A stretch of 64,000 nucleotides of DNA from an uncultured delta proteobacterium. GTDB lineage: Bacteria; Myxococcota_A; Polyangia; Polyangiales; Polyangiaceae. A model generated the notes under the pieces. It saw nothing but the letters and a program-made list of their open reading frames with translations. It did no database searches and was not told where the DNA came from. The stretch covers positions 416,001 to 480,000 of the forward strand of contig CAVOKF010000005.1 in the NCBI GenBank assembly GCA_963696385.1, given 5' to 3'. Position numbers and translations under genes: made by a program. Below are positions 10,994 to 20,627 of this stretch, one piece after another. How positions within the stretch are numbered: the stretch's first letter is position 1; each line of letters opens with the position of its first letter.

Positions 10994-11568
10994 TGGAAGC
11001 GAAAGCTGCGGCGGCTGCGCGTCGCACCCCGGCACTCGTACTCGCCGAGTTCGAGACCGCGAGCGGCGTGCTGCACGCGGCCGAAAGGGTTCGTCAATCG
11101 GGGTATGTCCGCTGGGACGCGCACACCCCGTTTCCCGTGCACGGCATGGACCGAGCTATGGGCTTGAAGGACTCGCGACTGGGGTGGATCGTCCTGGCGT
11201 GCGCTCTCACCGGGCTGTCCGGGGCCTTCGTCATGATGAACTGGATGAATGGGGTCGATTATCCGACCGTCGTCGGCGACAAGCCGCCGGGCGCCCCCGG
11301 CACGGTCCCGTCGATGGTTCCCATCCTGTTCGAGCTAACGATTCTCCTTTCGGCGTTCGGCGCCGTGCTCGGGATGCTGTTTCTCAACAAACTGCCTCGT
11401 CATCACCATCCCATCTTCGCTTCCGAAAGGTTCCGGCGCGCGACCGACGATCGCTTCTTCATCTCGATCGATGCCGAAGACCCGAAGTTCGACGTCGACG
11501 CGACGCGCGCGTTTCTCGAGGCCGCTCACGCGAGTCACGTCGAGTTGATCGAGGAGGACGCGTCGTGA
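10993..11568 (+). CDS. actD: Alternative complex III subunit ActD (DUF3341)
   Basis: DAHTPFPVHGMD, FELTIL, DRFFI; ATG overlaps the actC stop. Confidence 0.92.
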   Translation: MEAKAAAAARRTPALVLAEFETASGVLHAAERVRQSGYVRWDAHTPFPVHGMDRAMGLKDSRLGWIVLACALTGLSGAFVMMNWMNGVDYPTVVGDKPPGAPGTVPSMVPILFELTILLSAFGAVLGMLFLNKLPRHHHPIFASERFRRATDDRFFISIDAEDPKFDVDATRAFLEAAHASHVELIEEDAS

Positions 11569-12254
11569 GGCTCGCGGGCGCGGCAGTCCCGCTGCAGCGG
11601 CGATGGATTTCGCCGATGCATCTCGCACTTCCATGGGTCCTCCTGGGGTCCTTGGCCGGTTGCCGCGAGCAGGTCGGTTCCGATCCGCCCATCTTGCTGG
11701 AGCGGAACATGTACGACACCGAGCGGTACAATCCGGAGTCGTACTCCCAGTTCTTCCCGGATCACCGGACGATGCGTCCTCCCGTTCCGGGAACGATCGC
11801 GCGCGACCGGTACGAAGACGATTCGGCCATCAACAGCGGGCTGGTTGAAAACCAAGATGCGTACGTGATGACGGTGCCGCCGGCCGTGGTTCAGCGTAGC
11901 GGCGGCATGGAAAAGCTCGTCGCGCGCGGGCAGGACCGCTTCAACATCTACTGCGCCCCCTGTCACGGTCAAACCGGCGACGGCAAAGGCATGGTTGTCT
12001 GCAAGCGGCAGAACAGCACGGACGCCTGTCAGTCGCGGGGGTTTCCACCTCTGCCGTCGTACGAGGACGCGCGACTCCGGCAAATGCCCGACGGTCAGCT
12101 TTTCGCGACGATCACGCACGGGGTGCGCACGATGCCGGCGTATGGAGCCCAGATTCCGAAGGCGGATCGATGGGCCATCGTTTCGTACGTACGGGCTCTC
12201 CAGATGAGCCAGATGGGCACCCCTGCCACCCCCCAAATGGAGCCCAAGAAGTGA
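11565..12254 (+). CDS. actE: Alternative complex III monoheme cytochrome c lipoprotein ActE
   Basis: LAGC lipobox, MRPPVPGTIAR, CAPCH, MPAYG; GAGGAGG RBS before GTG 11565. Confidence 0.9.
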   Translation: MRLAGAAVPLQRRWISPMHLALPWVLLGSLAGCREQVGSDPPILLERNMYDTERYNPESYSQFFPDHRTMRPPVPGTIARDRYEDDSAINSGLVENQDAYVMTVPPAVVQRSGGMEKLVARGQDRFNIYCAPCHGQTGDGKGMVVCKRQNSTDACQSRGFPPLPSYEDARLRQMPDGQLFATITHGVRTMPAYGAQIPKADRWAIVSYVRALQMSQMGTPATPQMEPKK

Positions 12255-13597
12255 GCACGACCCAGGAATCCAACGCGGCTCGCTCCCGCGACTACCGCAT
12301 TCCCACGAAATCGCGGTGGACGGGGGCCTGGCGGATCGCTGCCGCCGTGGGCGCCACGGGTTTCGGCATCGCGGCGTACGGCTTCCATGCGGACCCGGAC
12401 CGGTTCCCGTTTGCGTACCTGTTCGGCTTCTTCGTCGCGCTGAGTATTGCTCTCGGCAGCCTGTTTTTCGTACTGGTCCTTTACATGACCAAGGCTTCCT
12501 GGGGTATCTCCGTCCGTCGCGTAGCGGAGCTCTTCATGCGTCCCATGGCGATCTTCGCGGTCCTCATCATTCCGCTCATCCTCACCCTGGGCCATCTCTT
12601 TCCGTGGGCTGGCGCGAAGCAGGTCGAGTCCGTCTCGAGTGCCGAGCTTTCCGACCCTCTCGCCGAGGCGCGCGGAATCGCCGAACGCGAGCCGTACGGC
12701 CTGCGGGACCTGCCCCTCCCGAATGCCGGTAGGCTGGTGCGGGCCGAGCAGCAGGCCGAGGCCCGCATCGTCGATCACAAGCGTGCCTATCTGGACCGCC
12801 GCTTTTTTCTCGGCCGATTGGTGGCCTATCTATTGATCTGGACGTGGCTCGCATACAAATACTTCAATTGGTCGACGGATCAGGACAAGACCAAGGCGCT
12901 CGCGAACACCGCCGCGGCGCAGCGATTCACCCCGCTGGGGCTCATCCTCTTCGGCTTCACCCTCACGTTCTTCGCCTTCGACTGGCTCCTGTCGCTCGAC
13001 GCAACCTGGTACTCCACCATCTTCGGCGTTCAGGTGTTCGCCCAGTGCGCACTCGTCCAAATGGCGGCGCTCATCGTGATGACGTTGCTCCTTCGACGGA
13101 GCGGATTGCTCGGGGACACCGTCAACGTCGAGCACTACCATGACATGGGCAAGCTGCTGTTCGGCTGGGTGGTCTTCTGGTCGTACGTGTCTTTCGCTCA
13201 GTTCTTTCTAACGTGGTATTCGAACATTCCCGACGAGGTCAGTTGGTTCCACAAGCGGTGGGACGACAACGGTGGCACGTGGATGTGGGTCAGCGTCGTC
13301 ATCGTCGTGCTTCACTTCTTTGTCCCCTTCTGGTTTCTCCTGTCCCGCAACACCAAGCGTCGTCTACCGCTTCTGGCGGCCGGCGCGACGTGCATGCTCC
13401 TCATGCACGTGGTGGAGGTGTACTGGATCATCATGCCCAACTTGGGAGCGCTCGACCCCAATCTGCTCGACTTGGGCTGCTTGCTGGGCGTCGTGGGCGT
13501 CTATCTCGCGGCGGTGCTCCGCGGAATGGAAGATTACGCGCTGGTGCCGGTCGGCGACCCGCGCCTCGTGCGGGCTCTGGAGTTCGAGAACGCTTAG
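12251..13597 (+). CDS. actF: Alternative complex III membrane subunit ActF
   Basis: DWLLSL...WYSTIFG, EHYHDMGKLLF, FAQFFLTWYSNIPDE, PVGDPRL. Confidence 0.92.
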   Translation: MSTTQESNAARSRDYRIPTKSRWTGAWRIAAAVGATGFGIAAYGFHADPDRFPFAYLFGFFVALSIALGSLFFVLVLYMTKASWGISVRRVAELFMRPMAIFAVLIIPLILTLGHLFPWAGAKQVESVSSAELSDPLAEARGIAEREPYGLRDLPLPNAGRLVRAEQQAEARIVDHKRAYLDRRFFLGRLVAYLLIWTWLAYKYFNWSTDQDKTKALANTAAAQRFTPLGLILFGFTLTFFAFDWLLSLDATWYSTIFGVQVFAQCALVQMAALIVMTLLLRRSGLLGDTVNVEHYHDMGKLLFGWVVFWSYVSFAQFFLTWYSNIPDEVSWFHKRWDDNGGTWMWVSVVIVVLHFFVPFWFLLSRNTKRRLPLLAAGATCMLLMHVVEVYWIIMPNLGALDPNLLDLGCLLGVVGVYLAAVLRGMEDYALVPVGDPRLVRALEFENA

Positions 13598-13660
13598 CGG
13601 CGGATGGGTTCGCGACCGTCCTTCGGCAAGAAGAGCGGTTGCACGGAGGACCAAGGCAAG

Positions 13661-14125
13661 ATGTCCACGGACAAGTCGGAGCCAAAAGTCGGACTGATTT
13701 TCAAAGTAGCCATTGGAGCGATCTTGACGCTCTTGGTGCTGCGGGTCGTGCTGGTCTCGTACTTCGACCGACTCGTTCAGGCGGAGGAGATCCGCAAAGT
13801 CGTCGGTGCGAAGCCCGAAGTGCTCATCGGCCAGCGCGCCGAAGAGGAGATTCGCCTCGGCCGTGGCCCTCTGCCCATCGCGCAGGCGATGCACCAGCTC
13901 GCGACCAAGGGTCGCCCCGCCGACTTCATGCCGGCCGCGTCAAAAGACGTTGCCCCCTTGCAAGGCTGGGTCCAGATGCCGCTCGAGGCCCCGCCGATGA
14001 TGACCGCCCATCCGGCGCCGGCCTCGTCCGCCGCGTCTAGGGACGGTGGCTCGCTCGCCCCCTCGACCGCCGGAGTGGGCGCCCCTAAGTTCGGGGACGC
14101 TGGATCTCCAAAGAAGAAGCCGTGA
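13661..14125 (+). CDS. Single-TM protein, ActG-like position and motif
   Basis: One TM helix, LPIAQAM motif, lies between actF and SCO; GGAGGA RBS. Confidence 0.65.
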   Translation: MSTDKSEPKVGLIFKVAIGAILTLLVLRVVLVSYFDRLVQAEEIRKVVGAKPEVLIGQRAEEEIRLGRGPLPIAQAMHQLATKGRPADFMPAASKDVAPLQGWVQMPLEAPPMMTAHPAPASSAASRDGGSLAPSTAGVGAPKFGDAGSPKKKP

Positions 14126-15141
14126 CTCCCCGCTGGGCCTGTCCGTTCGTCGCCGCCGTCCTGGCCGCCATCGTCGTCGCGCCGGTCCATGCGCGCGCGC
14201 AGAACTGGATCGAATCGAACCAGGTCGCGCCCAACACGACGCCTGCGGAGCTGACGGGCGTTGACATCGTCGAGCACCTAGGCGGTGCGCTGCCGGGCGA
14301 CGCGATATTTCGTGACGCGGATGGCAAGCCGACGACGCTCGGCGCCTACTTCGATTCCAAAAGGCCGACGTTGCTCGTGTTTGCTTACCACACGTGCCCC
14401 ATGCTCTGCAGCCTCGTCCTCGACGCTGCGGTCCGTTCCCTGAATGGCATTGCATGGACGGTGGGGCGCGAGTTCGACGTCGTCTCCATCAGCATCGATC
14501 CCAAGGACACTCCAGAGACGGCAACGCGCAAGCGCGCGCAGGTGGTCGGCTCGTACGGCAAGGCCAACGGGTCGGTGGCCGGATGGCACTTCCTCGTGGG
14601 CGACGAGGCGAATATCCGCAAGGTCACGAATGCCGTCGGCTTCCGGTACAACTACGACGCGCGGCAAAAACAGTACGCGCATCCCGCGGCGATTTTTCTG
14701 CTTTCGCCCGACGGGCGGGTCGCGCGCTACCTCTACGGCATCGAGTATTCGCCGAGCGATGTCCGTCTCGGCCTCCTGGAGGCGAGCGAGGGTCGATCCA
14801 TCTCGACGACCGAACGGATTCTTCTCTACTGCTACCACTACGATCCGCAGGGCAAGCATTACTCGCTGGTCGCGATGAACGTCATGCGCCTGGGTGGGGT
14901 CGTCACGTTGATCGCCATAGGGTCGTTCTTGATCGCGATGTGGGCGCGCGAGCGCAGCCGCCGCGCTCGACCCTCAACGGCGCCGGCCGCAGGCGATCCG
15001 CGGAAGGCCGTAGGCCCAGGCCCTGACCCGCGCGTTCTCCGCTCCGCCCTGGGCACCGAAGCGGCTCGCGCCGCCCCAGTTCGACAAACCGGGGGACTCG
15101 ACGGCCTCCCCCCGTCCACCTGGCCGAGGCAAGGATCATGA
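14122..15141 (+). CDS. SCO family copper chaperone
   Basis: CPMLC (CxxxC), SIDP, YAHP, RYLYG; C-terminal TM helix and low-complexity tail. Confidence 0.92.
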   Translation: MTPRWACPFVAAVLAAIVVAPVHARAQNWIESNQVAPNTTPAELTGVDIVEHLGGALPGDAIFRDADGKPTTLGAYFDSKRPTLLVFAYHTCPMLCSLVLDAAVRSLNGIAWTVGREFDVVSISIDPKDTPETATRKRAQVVGSYGKANGSVAGWHFLVGDEANIRKVTNAVGFRYNYDARQKQYAHPAAIFLLSPDGRVARYLYGIEYSPSDVRLGLLEASEGRSISTTERILLYCYHYDPQGKHYSLVAMNVMRLGGVVTLIAIGSFLIAMWARERSRRARPSTAPAAGDPRKAVGPGPDPRVLRSALGTEAARAAPVRQTGGLDGLPPSTWPRQGS

Positions 15142-16190
15142 ACGAGCAGAGCGCCCCCGCCACGTATCAACTCCCTCCACAGATGTCCACGGTCGCCGCA
15201 GAGGTCGACTGGCTCTACTACTTCATCTATTGGCTGAGCGTCGTCCTCTTCGTCGCCATCATCGGCGTGATGATTTACTGGGCGATCAAGTACCGTGAAC
15301 GCCCCGGGCACAAGGCCGAGCCCACCGGTCACAACCTGCCGCTCGAGTTGGCATGGACGGTCGCGCCCATCTTCGTTCTCGTATTTTTGTTCCACAAAGG
15401 GTTCCAAGGGTACCTGGATATGACCATTGCTCCGCCGAACGCGATCGAAATCCGCGTCAACGCGAAACAATGGAGTTGGGAGTTCGTCTACCCGAACGGC
15501 GGTAGCAGCGACAAGCTGCACGTCCCCCTCCACAAGCCCGTCAAGCTCGTGATGGCCTCGGCCGATGTCCTCCATTCGTTCTTCGTGCCGGCGCTCCGCA
15601 TCAAGCGCGACGTCGTGCCCGGGATGTACACGACCGCGTGGTTCGAGGCGACCCAGACCGGCAAGGACGACATCGCCTGTGCCGAGTATTGCGGGGGTCG
15701 AAGTGAAGGCCCCGCCGGCGCGCTCCCTTACGAGCCCACCAACGACCCGGACAATCCCTACGTCAGCGGTCAGATGACGGGACACTGGGCGATGCATTCG
15801 ATGCTGTACGTGGAGTCGCAAGAGGATTTCGACAAGTTCGTCAAAAGCATCGGGGACAAGTGCGATGCGTACCGGTCCGAAGGCAAATTCTGTCCAGGCG
15901 AGGTCGCAGCTGCCGAGGGGCAGAAGCTTTCCGTGTCGAAGGGGTGCGTGGCGTGCCATACGACAACGGGCGTGCGGCTGGTCGGTCCTTCGTGGAAGGA
16001 CATCTGGGGCAAAGACGAGTCAACCGACAAGGGAGACGTTCTCGTCGACGAAAACTACATCCGCGAGTCGATCCTGGCGCCGCAAGCGAAGATCGTGACG
16101 GGCTTTCCGGCCGTAATGCCGACGTTCAGCGGTCAAATCTCGGACCCCGAGATCGACGAGCTCATCGCGTACATCAAATCACTGAAGTAA
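15138..16190 (+). CDS. coxB: Cytochrome c oxidase subunit II with C-terminal cytochrome c (caa3-type)
   Basis: LELAWT, QWSWEF, DVLHSF, CAEYCG...HWAM, CVACH. Confidence 0.95.
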   Translation: MNEQSAPATYQLPPQMSTVAAEVDWLYYFIYWLSVVLFVAIIGVMIYWAIKYRERPGHKAEPTGHNLPLELAWTVAPIFVLVFLFHKGFQGYLDMTIAPPNAIEIRVNAKQWSWEFVYPNGGSSDKLHVPLHKPVKLVMASADVLHSFFVPALRIKRDVVPGMYTTAWFEATQTGKDDIACAEYCGGRSEGPAGALPYEPTNDPDNPYVSGQMTGHWAMHSMLYVESQEDFDKFVKSIGDKCDAYRSEGKFCPGEVAAAEGQKLSVSKGCVACHTTTGVRLVGPSWKDIWGKDESTDKGDVLVDENYIRESILAPQAKIVTGFPAVMPTFSGQISDPEIDELIAYIKSLK

Positions 16191-16232
16191 TATCACTTCG
16201 CGGGATCCAAGGCCCGAGCAGGAGCGAGCGGC

Positions 16233-17924
16233 ATGGCAGCAATCGACATTCCCGTGGCAGGCGGACACCCGGCGGACGCTCACGGCGACCCGCACGCGAA
16301 CTATTTGAAGGCCCGGCACGGGCTGGCGTCGTGGGCGCTGACGGTCGACCATAAGCGAATCGGCTTGATGTACCTGACGATGGTCTCCATCGCGTTCTTG
16401 GCGGGTGGAATCTTCGCGCTGCTCGTTCGACTCGAACTCTTCTCGCGCGGCAGGACGATCGTGGACGCGGAGACCTACAACCGCTTCTTCACCCTTCACG
16501 GCGCAATCATGGTCTTCTTGTTCATCATTCCGAGTGTGCCGGCCGCGCTCGGGAACTTCTTTCTTCCGATCATGCTCGGCGCGAAGGACGTCGCATTCCC
16601 CAAGCTTAACCTTCTAAGCTTCTATTTGTACCTGATCGGAGCCTCGATCGCTCTTCTGAGCATCGTGCTCGGTTCGGTCGATACGGGATGGACCTTTTAC
16701 ACGCCCTACAGCATCCAGACGGCGAATTCCGTCATCTCCATGACCCTCGGCGTCTTCGTGCTCGGGTTCTCGTCGATTCTCACCGGCCTCAACTTCCTCG
16801 TCACGGTGCACACGATGCGGGCGCCGGGCGTGACCTGGACGCGCATGCCGCTTTTCGTGTGGGGCATGTACGCGACCGCCCTCATTCAGGTTCTGGCGAC
16901 TCCGGTGCTGGCGATCACGCTGCTGTTGCTCTGCGCCGAGCGCTTTTTCGGAATCGGGATCTTCGACCCCAAGCTCGGGGGCGATCCGGTGCTGTTTCAG
17001 CATTTTTTCTGGTTTTACTCGCATCCGGCCGTCTACATCATGATCGTGCCTGGAATGGCCATCGTGAGCGAGCTGATCGCGACCTTCTCTCGTCGTGCCA
17101 TCTTCGGTAGCTTCGCTATCGCGATGAGTTCCGTCGCGCTGGCGATCTTGGGCTTCCTCGTGTGGGGGCACCACATGTTCGTGGCAGGTATGAGCGAGTT
17201 CGCCACCATGCTTTTTTCGGCGCTCACGTTCCTCGTCGCCATTCCGAGCGGGGTGAAGGTCTTCAATTGGACCGCGACGATGTACAAGGGCTCCATCGTC
17301 TGGGCATCTCCGATGCTTTACGCGATGGCGTTCATCTTCCTGTTCACCATTGGCGGACTGACGGGTCTGTTCCTCGGAACGCTCAGCGTGGACGTTCACC
17401 TGACCGATACCTATTTCGTCGTCGCCCACTTTCACTACGTGATGATGGGCGGCACCGTCATCGCCTTCCTCGGAGGCTTGCTCTACTGGTGGCCCAAAAT
17501 GACGGGAAAGATGCACGACGAGTTCAAGGCGAAGGTCGGCTTCGTATTCGTGTTCATCGGATTCAATCTCACGTTCATGTCGCAGTTCATCATGGGCTCG
17601 CGAGGCATGCCCAGGCGCTACTACGATTATCTCCCGCAATTCGAGCCGTTCCACCGCGCGTCCACGATCGGCTCGTGGATTCTCGCGGTCGGTCTTTTCA
17701 CGACCGCATACACGTTGCTCGAGGCGCTTTGGCGTGGAAAAAGAGCTCCTAGAAATCCGTGGGGTTCGGCGGGATACGAGTGGATGACGGATACCCCTCC
17801 CTGTGTCGCGAACTTTCACGATACGCCGATCATCACGCGCGGGCCGTACGACTATCACCTCGCCACGCCCGAAGAGTTGAACACGGGTTGGGACGAGGTC
17901 GAAGCCGAGACGAAGAAGGGCTAG
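16233..17924 (+). CDS. ctaD: Cytochrome c oxidase subunit I, A2 type
   Basis: [16 protein letters not shown] (YS, A2 signature), VWGHHM, AHFHY, GMPRRY. Confidence 0.97.
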   Translation: MAAIDIPVAGGHPADAHGDPHANYLKARHGLASWALTVDHKRIGLMYLTMVSIAFLAGGIFALLVRLELFSRGRTIVDAETYNRFFTLHGAIMVFLFIIPSVPAALGNFFLPIMLGAKDVAFPKLNLLSFYLYLIGASIALLSIVLGSVDTGWTFYTPYSIQTANSVISMTLGVFVLGFSSILTGLNFLVTVHTMRAPGVTWTRMPLFVWGMYATALIQVLATPVLAITLLLLCAERFFGIGIFDPKLGGDPVLFQHFFWFYSHPAVYIMIVPGMAIVSELIATFSRRAIFGSFAIAMSSVALAILGFLVWGHHMFVAGMSEFATMLFSALTFLVAIPSGVKVFNWTATMYKGSIVWASPMLYAMAFIFLFTIGGLTGLFLGTLSVDVHLTDTYFVVAHFHYVMMGGTVIAFLGGLLYWWPKMTGKMHDEFKAKVGFVFVFIGFNLTFMSQFIMGSRGMPRRYYDYLPQFEPFHRASTIGSWILAVGLFTTAYTLLEALWRGKRAPRNPWGSAGYEWMTDTPPCVANFHDTPIITRGPYDYHLATPEELNTGWDEVEAETKKG

Positions 17925-17930
17925 GAGCGC

Positions 17931-18749
17931 ATGGCGAATGTGAGCGAAGTGGTTGCGGGCGCGCCGGGCAGCAATGGCGATCACGCCCACCCCCACCCGG
18001 ATTTCCTGCAGCACCATTTCGACACGCCGGCGCAGCAGTTCGCTGCGTCCAAGCTCGGAATGTGGGTGTTCATCGCCACCGAGATCCTCATGTTCGGAGG
18101 TTTGTTCTGCGCGTATGCCATTTGGCGTGCGCTCGAACCGGACGTTTTCGACCAAGCGCACCACTTCCTGAACAAGATCTTGGGAGCCACGAACACCGTT
18201 GTTCTGCTCTTCAGCAGCTTGACCGCGGCGCTTGCGGTCCGCTCAGCGCAGCTTGGCAAGCGAACCCAGACGTCGATCTATCTCGTCGTCACCATCGCGT
18301 GCGCGTGCGTGTTCCTCGTCGTCAAATATTTCGAATACAGTCACAAGATTCACTTGGGGCTGTTGCCGGGACACTGCTTCGGGCACCCTGGCTTCAGCGG
18401 GGCGATTCAAAGCGGCGAGGAGACCGGGACGTGTCTGCGCATCCACGCCGACCAGCCCGGGGGCAGTCCCGAATGGGTACGGGCCGTTGACGAGGACGGG
18501 CACGTCCAGTTGTTGTCACCACGCGCGAACATGTTCTTCGCGCTTTACTTCGTCATGACCGGGTTGCACGGGCTGCACGTCCTCATCGGAATGACGGTGC
18601 TCGGCTGGGTGCTCGTGAAGAACATCCAGGGGAAGTTCTCGAAGGAGTACTTCACCCCAGTCGATCTTGGCGCCTTGTACTGGCACCTCGTCGACCTGGT
18701 GTGGATTTACCTTTTCCCACTCCTTTACCTCGTCGGAAAGCCGGAATGA
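17931..18749 (+). CDS. coxC: Cytochrome c oxidase subunit III
   Basis: GMWVFIATE, TGLHGLHV, YWHLVDLVWIYLFP. Confidence 0.95.
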   Translation: MANVSEVVAGAPGSNGDHAHPHPDFLQHHFDTPAQQFAASKLGMWVFIATEILMFGGLFCAYAIWRALEPDVFDQAHHFLNKILGATNTVVLLFSSLTAALAVRSAQLGKRTQTSIYLVVTIACACVFLVVKYFEYSHKIHLGLLPGHCFGHPGFSGAIQSGEETGTCLRIHADQPGGSPEWVRAVDEDGHVQLLSPRANMFFALYFVMTGLHGLHVLIGMTVLGWVLVKNIQGKFSKEYFTPVDLGALYWHLVDLVWIYLFPLLYLVGKPE

Positions 18750-19237
18750 CCTCGATGGCCAGCGATCCTAGCCACGCGCACACCCCCGTCGACGACGGTG
18801 CCGTCCATGCGCACATCTCGAAGCCCCAATTGTACTGGGGTGTCTTCGGCCTGCTCGTCGTCTTGACGATCATCACCGTGAAGGTGTCCTATTACGATTT
18901 CGGCTCGCTCAACATCGTCGTCGCTCTGCTGATTGCGACGATGAAAGCGTCGCTCGTCGCCGCCTTCTTCATGCACCTGCGGCATGACAGTCTTTTCAAC
19001 ACGCTCGCGTTCCTTTCCGCGTTTCTCTTTCTCTCGCTGTTCATCCTGCTCACCTACGACGACCTCGGACGGAGAGGACAGATCGACAACGACTACGGCG
19101 GGACCATTCAACTGGACACGGGCCTCGCCGCGCCCGGAGGACTTCCCGCCACCAGTGCGACGGCCAATGAAGCTTCCGGTGAGGCAGCTCCTCGGAGCGC
19201 CGGCGGTAAGGGTGGCGGCGCAGAGAAGAAGGAGTGA
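18746..19237 (+). CDS. Cytochrome c oxidase subunit IV family protein
   Basis: IATMKASLVAAFFMHL, three TM helices. Confidence 0.9.
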   Translation: MTSMASDPSHAHTPVDDGAVHAHISKPQLYWGVFGLLVVLTIITVKVSYYDFGSLNIVVALLIATMKASLVAAFFMHLRHDSLFNTLAFLSAFLFLSLFILLTYDDLGRRGQIDNDYGGTIQLDTGLAAPGGLPATSATANEASGEAAPRSAGGKGGGAEKKE

Positions 19238-20157
19238 CGGCGGGGGCGACGGTCGACGATCGCCTTTTGCGTGCCGCGAGATGGGCGGGGTCCGCTTGTC
19301 GGTGGACGCCGCTTTTCGGCACGAGGCGACGCGGCGCTGCAGCCGCTCGATTGCTCGCGTTCGTGTTGGCCCTTGGCGCGTGCCGCCGCAAGCACGTGCC
19401 GGTCGACGTGGTGCCCGATCTCGGGTATCCGGCTTGCCTCGAGGGTGGCTTCGAGAGTGCCGGAGTTCTTGTCGGGCAGGGTCACATTCGATCGGGGCCC
19501 CTTTCCAACGACAAGAGCGTAAGCGAGCGGTTCGAGTTTCGGCGCACCCCGTGCGGCGCCACTTTCCGGACGCGGCAAGAGTGGCCGCTCGCCATCAGTG
19601 ACGTTGAAGTTCGCTACGACCGGCAGCTGCGTCCCATCTGGGCATGGAAGCGGATGACCATCGCGGGGTCGCGGCGCGCGGACGGAAACGCAGACATTCG
19701 GCGCTACGAGCTGCGCGAAGGCGGCGTGTTCATTACGCGGCGCGACGACCATGGGCAGGTCCGGTTCGAGAAGCTGCTTCCCGGTGGGCGGGTCGAGGTC
19801 CCGGCCGGGATGCACGTGGGCGCGGTGGTCGCCCCGGGTCGGGGCATGTTGACTCCGTGGTTGCAGCGCGCGAGGTTGGCCGTCGGCGCGACGCAGCGAG
19901 AGCTCGTGCTCGACTTCCGCGAGGCGGTCGAGACGCTCGAGATCGCTACGCTCGAGCGGAATGACGATCGGTTCGAAGCGTCGCTCGGCCGAAACGTCCG
20001 AGTGTACACGTTCTACGGGCGCGAAACCGTTTTCGCCGACGACGAGGACGTCGTCATCGGCGACCTCGCCGGGATGCGCCCGAGCGACTCTCTTTCGACC
20101 CCGGAGCCGGCGGCGCTCCCCACGTACGGGGGGTCGGACCCCGTGCACACGCCTTGA
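19234..20157 (+). CDS. Hypothetical lipoprotein (start uncertain)
   Basis: LLAFVLALGAC lipobox-like segment; GTGA overlap with the subunit IV stop. Confidence 0.7.
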   Translation: MTAGATVDDRLLRAARWAGSACRWTPLFGTRRRGAAAARLLAFVLALGACRRKHVPVDVVPDLGYPACLEGGFESAGVLVGQGHIRSGPLSNDKSVSERFEFRRTPCGATFRTRQEWPLAISDVEVRYDRQLRPIWAWKRMTIAGSRRADGNADIRRYELREGGVFITRRDDHGQVRFEKLLPGGRVEVPAGMHVGAVVAPGRGMLTPWLQRARLAVGATQRELVLDFREAVETLEIATLERNDDRFEASLGRNVRVYTFYGRETVFADDEDVVIGDLAGMRPSDSLSTPEPAALPTYGGSDPVHTP

Positions 20158-20241
20158 AGAAGCGCCTCGAACTCCCCGTTTGGGCGCTCCGGCCGAAGCA
20201 GTCGAGCGGCGGAGCCGCAAAACGGGCTAGAGGTTAACGGC

Positions 20242-20613
20242 ATGGAGCCTCCGATCGATTCGGTCCCTCCGGGCCTGCCACTCGACATGAAGGTGACCCT
20301 CCTGGGGCTGGGTGTGGCCACCCTCACCGCGGCGGGTACGTTCTTCCAGAAGCTCAACGGTGTACGCCACGGAAACGCGTTCGTGAGCGTATGGCTCGTT
20401 TTGGCCACCGTGTGCTTTTTTCCAACCTTCATCATCACGAACCGGGTGTTTCTGATGGGCGGCAGGATGTCCTTGTTCGTGCCCGTGACGGCCACCACCT
20501 ACGTCCTGTCGATGTTCATCGGCCGCTTCGGCTTCGGTGAGCCCGTCTCGTGGGACAAATGGTTCGGGTGCCTGCTCATTCTGGCCGGCGTGATCGCGAT
20601 CGCCCGCAGCTGA
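20242..20613 (+). CDS. Small membrane protein, EamA/DMT-like
   Basis: About four hydrophobic helices ending FGEPVSWDKWFGCLLILAGVIAI. Confidence 0.7.
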   Translation: MEPPIDSVPPGLPLDMKVTLLGLGVATLTAAGTFFQKLNGVRHGNAFVSVWLVLATVCFFPTFIITNRVFLMGGRMSLFVPVTATTYVLSMFIGRFGFGEPVSWDKWFGCLLILAGVIAIARS

Positions 20614-20627
20614 CGGACCCACGATCC

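Noticed and set aside
16614..18164. Long antisense or alternative-frame ORFs (e.g. 16614-18164, 51068-53032, 57803-59545, 62581-63849)
   Set aside because: They overlap well-supported genes and lack motifs; such ORFs are expected from stop-codon scarcity in high-GC DNA.
20175..20226. Imperfect long hairpin after the lipoprotein gene
   Set aside because: No U-tract and several mismatches; cannot be called a terminator or ncRNA.
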